Below, piece after piece: positions 59,440-64,000 of a stretch of 64,000 nt of DNA. Under the pieces are notes generated by a model. It was not told the DNA's origin. It did no database searches and saw only the letters and a list, made by a program, of their open reading frames with translations. The stretch comes from Eledone cirrhosa (lineage: Eukaryota), in the NCBI GenBank assembly GCA_964016885.1, contig OZ024742.1, forward strand, positions 191,642,001 to 191,706,000, given 5' to 3'. Both the position numbers and the translations under genes were made by a program. How positions within the stretch are numbered: position 1 is the first letter of the stretch; the number at the start of each line of letters is the position of its first letter.

Positions 59440-62190
59440 TGCCAATCAACAAGAAATATTTGAAAAACCTGAAACAGAAGTTGAATGGGGGGAGATACAT
59501 TTGAGTCTGTTAAGTTAAGAACAATAAATCGATCAAATTTTAAAGAAAATACATGAAACACGAAGAATTTGATTGAAATAAATCCTGGTAAAGTAAATCC
59601 ACAGAAAAAGGTAAATATTAATGAATATGTACCCGCTTTTGAAAGATATGTGAGTTGGAACAGTAGAATTGGGGGTAAGTTAAAGGAAAAAAAGAATTGA
59701 AATATAGACTAGAGAAAACATAACACTTAAGAAAAAAATACAATTGCGATATGATTGAATAGAAGGATGTAAAGACTAAGGTTTCAAAATAAGTATGTAG
59801 AGCAAAGAATCAACTAACCTAATGCCCTTATTTCGTATTCGAGGGAACTTGACATATGGATATAAGAAATGATGCCATAAAAATGAATGAGGAAGAAAAG
59901 AAAACTAAATATTCAGAAGGTAGATTTTGACAAAAACACCATGTATTAGATAATGAAAATGAAGAAATACACAGAAAATGTTGGAGTAGGACTTTACCAT
60001 CGAGAAAACAAAAATTAGAAACGAAATAAGAACAGTAAAATGAAAGTTGCTGCACTTGGTCTTGTCCAGGACTACTGGCTGAGACAGTTTGGAAATATCA
60101 TGTAACCATAACACTCTATTGCATTGTTACTGGTTGAGATATGTTAGATATCTGCGGCGGGGGGAGTGGATCTTGTCTATGGTTTCTGTTCTAGAGAGAT
60201 TAGTAACCTGCAGGAAATCATAGCCCTTTAATGTAAACAGGGGTTTTCCATTTTGATTAATAACAGAACTTTTCTCCCGTTGAAGATCAAAACGAAAGGA
60301 AATGTCTCAATCAACCAATCAATCTCGTGTTAACCAATCATGTGAAAACACTTAATAAGGATAATGGCAGAAAATATATACAAACATCTATATGAAAAGC
60401 AGTTGATGTCTGATGAACAGAAGGGCTATCGAAAAAAATGAGTAGAGGAACGAAAGATCAACTAATGATAGATAAAATGTTGTTGATCAATTGTAAATAA
60501 TGGATGACAAATCTAAGAATTCTGTGAATAGATTATAAAACGAAATATGTCTTATTCTCCAACTTGTAGACCGAACGTTGGCTATAACTGTTAAAGATTT
60601 CAGAAAAGAGACATCTGCTAGAAAATAGTAAATGACGGGGAAGAGAAGAAACCTCTTATGGAGGAGACATATTAGCAGACATAGAGTCGGATTCTCTCCC
60701 AGCATTTTTCTTAATATCCCTAATCCTTCTATTGATTATTTGGAATATAACTTTATTCAATGGGTATAGAAAGTATATTCACTGGGAATGACATAGAAAA
60801 TGACATGAACGATATAAAGCTCTAAGATAAAGGCAAAAATCAACTGGATTCCTTTGTTGAAGCTGTACAAATATTTATTAATGAGACTGGTATGAGATTC
60901 ACTCTTAAGAAATATGGTATGATGAAGATGAGACATGCGTAATTATATTGGAAAACTTGAAAGTAAAATCAATTAGAATTGCGGAACTGTCTTAAGTAGA
61001 ATGGTTTTGTTTTTTAAATAATCCAAATTGAATGAGAGAAATGTTATACAGGCAATCAATTCAAGGGCAGCACCTCTAAGAGGCCATAAAGAAGGAATAA
61101 TTGACTGTAGAAGAATGAATATCGACAGGAAAACGAGGAAGCTGCAGACAGTTAACAGAAGCATACACTCGTAGTCGGATGTGGATCTATTATATTGGAA
61201 ACTTTTAGAGAAAATAAGTTAATGGGTGTTGAAAGGATGGTCGGACTATAAAAAAGCAAGTCAAGAATGATATCTAGAAAAGAAGAAATAATTAAGGAAG
61301 TAAAAACAGAAGTGTAAAGCCCAAACGGAAAACATAAGGTGAATTCGAACTCAGGAAAGTCGAAGTTTGAAGGAATGATTCCATTCGGTATTTCTCAAAG
61401 AAACAGAGGAAATAATCATTGATAATAACAGCTTATAAGGGTAAATTGAATCAAGAGCATGATAGATAAGCAAGACTGTTTACCCTAATGTTGAATGTGC
61501 AATGAGACCTATGAGATTGTATCTCACACAGTTTTCGAAAGTTCACATTTAACTCAAACTGAGTACACCTGTAAACTCAATAAAGTAGAGGTTATATTTC
61601 ACTGGCAGTTTTGCAAGAAAGTTTGCTTTGTAGGCACAGAAAAAAAAATATCGATGGCCATTTTGTGGGATCAGAAATTAAAGTTCTAAATAAAATCAGA
61701 CCACTATGGGACTTTTCCCGTACAAACCAAAAGGAAAATGCAGCATAATTAGCCACATATTTTAGTTCTTGATAAGTATATAAAAGTGTTCTCGGTAATT
61801 CACGTAATATGCTCATTAGACTTCAGAGTATAAGGTAAAATGATGTAAAAAATACACAATGTAGAAAGTTACACTAACTTGAACTATAATATTCATACTG
61901 TTAGAGAAAAAAAAGGCTAACTAGGTCATAAACGTCTCAGTGGAATCGAAGACCTGGGAACAGTGACAAGGATTTGGAAGCACACCTTGGAAAGCTAGAC
62001 ACCCATCTGGGAGTGCTGGAAGTGTGAAAAAGTTGTTTTAATTCATGCAGCTAGATATTTAACATACGTTTAGAATATCTAAAGACACATGTATCGGCTT
62101 CATCGTTAATGAACTAGAGTGACAGAATTATTAACACGATGGTTGTGTAAATTACATAGTAATAATAAGAATACTACTAGTAATAGTAGT
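59440..62190 (+). pseudogene. Heavily decayed R4/Dong-clade LINE
   Basis: Hand translation: EQKGYRKK/SRGTKDQLMIDKM (60415), MNDIKL (60805), KLNERNVIQAINSRA (~61025), IDRKTRKL (61121), C...E..SH (~61500); TAA/TAG-rich tail ~62158-62192. Boundaries approximate. Confidence 0.75.
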
Positions 62191-63648
62191 AGCCGTTTAA
62201 CGGCATCTTATCTGTAAGACCAAGGCCTATATCTTCTTTCCAAGCTACACAGTGTGCCAATTTCTGTACGTGCGTGTGTGTGTGCCAGTATTTGTTCGTA
62301 TGTATATTTACGTGAGCTGCACTTGATATTTCTTATTGTAAATTGAATATAACTTACAAATATCACACATTACCAAAAAAATCTGAGCATTTTTATTTGT
62401 TTATATTTTTTCGTAGCGTGTGTAAAATAAATGTGTGAAACTATTTCCAAATGTTTAGAGAAATATTTTTTAAGTAATCTAATATATTTGTGTATTTAAT
62501 ACTTTTTGTAAACATATTTTCACATGATAATTTTGTCTTCTGTATTTTAAGAGTATTTTATAACAAACCTAGCTGCGACATTTTTTATTTCGGGTTTGAA
62601 ATTTTCGAGTGTAATATCTTTACAGAAATGACGCTTGATGAAAAATCAACAATTTAGAAGATATGCATTCGCCATTGTTATTCTGCTGACGTAATTACAC
62701 TGTTGCTGAGAATCTAACAAATTGCTGTGATTAATTAGAAACAAATAGGATTTAATTTAATTTTCTATCATCGTTAAATTTACGATTATACTCAGAAGTT
62801 GTACAAATTAAGCAGTTGTATGTATAGACAGGGCAACATGAAGGAATGTATAACTTATTTGCTTTACTATAATGAGGGTCTGGGTTTGATCTCACTGCTT
62901 CGGGTTTGGGGCAAGAATCTTTTGTATAGCTTCGAGTTGACTCAAAACTTCTGACTCAAACTGGGTAGACAGAAGCTACTTATGAGCCATGTAAATTGAT
63001 TCTGCAAACACCAAAACATACTAAGTTACACTGAATCTGACTTAACATTACATTAACGTACAGAGGTCCATGGAATGCCCAGCCAATTGCACGTTAATTT
63101 TACGGGTAGGAAGTTGCGTTGATGGAACAACTGGAAAATCCATCTTAGAAACCTAAGGTGTTCGATTTGCTTTGAGTTTTATAGTTGAATAAATATTGAT
63201 TTCTATCATAAATATATTGCTATATATTTTAAATGAGGATAAGTTTCGATCGTCAAATCCTTTACACTTTATTACTGTATTTCATTCAAATTGGATGAAT
63301 ACCATGCAATGTGGCATATTCCAATTCCTTTTTTTATGACTTAGACATTGAAGCAAATTGTTTTAGAAGAAACCTCTGTCCCATATATTTTCAGCATAGT
63401 GTATTCCGATTAAGGCATCCGAGCAATAGGTTGTGCCATTAACCAGGGGAAGAAATTATATAACACAGATACTTGTTCAAAAAGCTACCTAAGTGAGGAA
63501 CATAACTAAACGTAATTTATACACATGCACCCACGTACGCACACACACACACACTCACACACTCACACACACGCGCACACACACACACTCACTCTCACAC
63601 ACAGACACTCACACACGCACACACACATACACACACACACACACACAC

Positions 63649-63725
<77 letters not shown>

Positions 63726-64000
63726 TATATCACAGAAATGAGAAAAGAAGTGTAGACGTTTGAGATTCCTTTATTTTTTTCTGTAACATTTTGACTGAAA
63801 TCTTTCGAAAGCCGCTTTCTGATTTGTAATATGATTTCGCCAACTGAAACCAGTCAGAAATCCCTTGGATATGAGAGTGATGCCAAACATCAGAAACTCC
63901 AGTTATTTGTCACACATTGAATCATACAAATGACGGTTATTTTGCCCTTCTTACATTCGATAGTCTCCCTTAAACTCGTTGTTGTAGGTGGCACATTGAG

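Noticed and set aside
63790-64000. Possible LINE 3' remnant or host exon
   Set aside because: Only faint LINE-like residues; cut by window edge.

Overview
AT-rich, microsatellite-saturated eukaryotic DNA, probably an octopus (inferred from the repeat landscape and SINE families, not proven). No host protein-coding gene is supportable: nearly all ORFs are translations of (TA)n/(CA)n/(GA)n tracts. The real content is transposon debris: an RTE LINE, two R4/Dong-type LINE remnants, a CR1-like RT remnant, a DD37D Tc1/mariner pseudogene, two Helitron-like elements, over a dozen tRNA-derived SINE copies, and Penelope-like elements (PLEs) with GIY-YIG endonucleases. The most striking signal is about 20 minimal type I hammerhead-ribozyme (HHR) motifs from several unrelated families. 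They lie in short inserts wedged between (TA)n tracts, often as fold-back palindromes whose turn-around point is at or inside the ribozyme. One subgroup carries a U3-A8 core instead of C3-G8 in all three copies seen.
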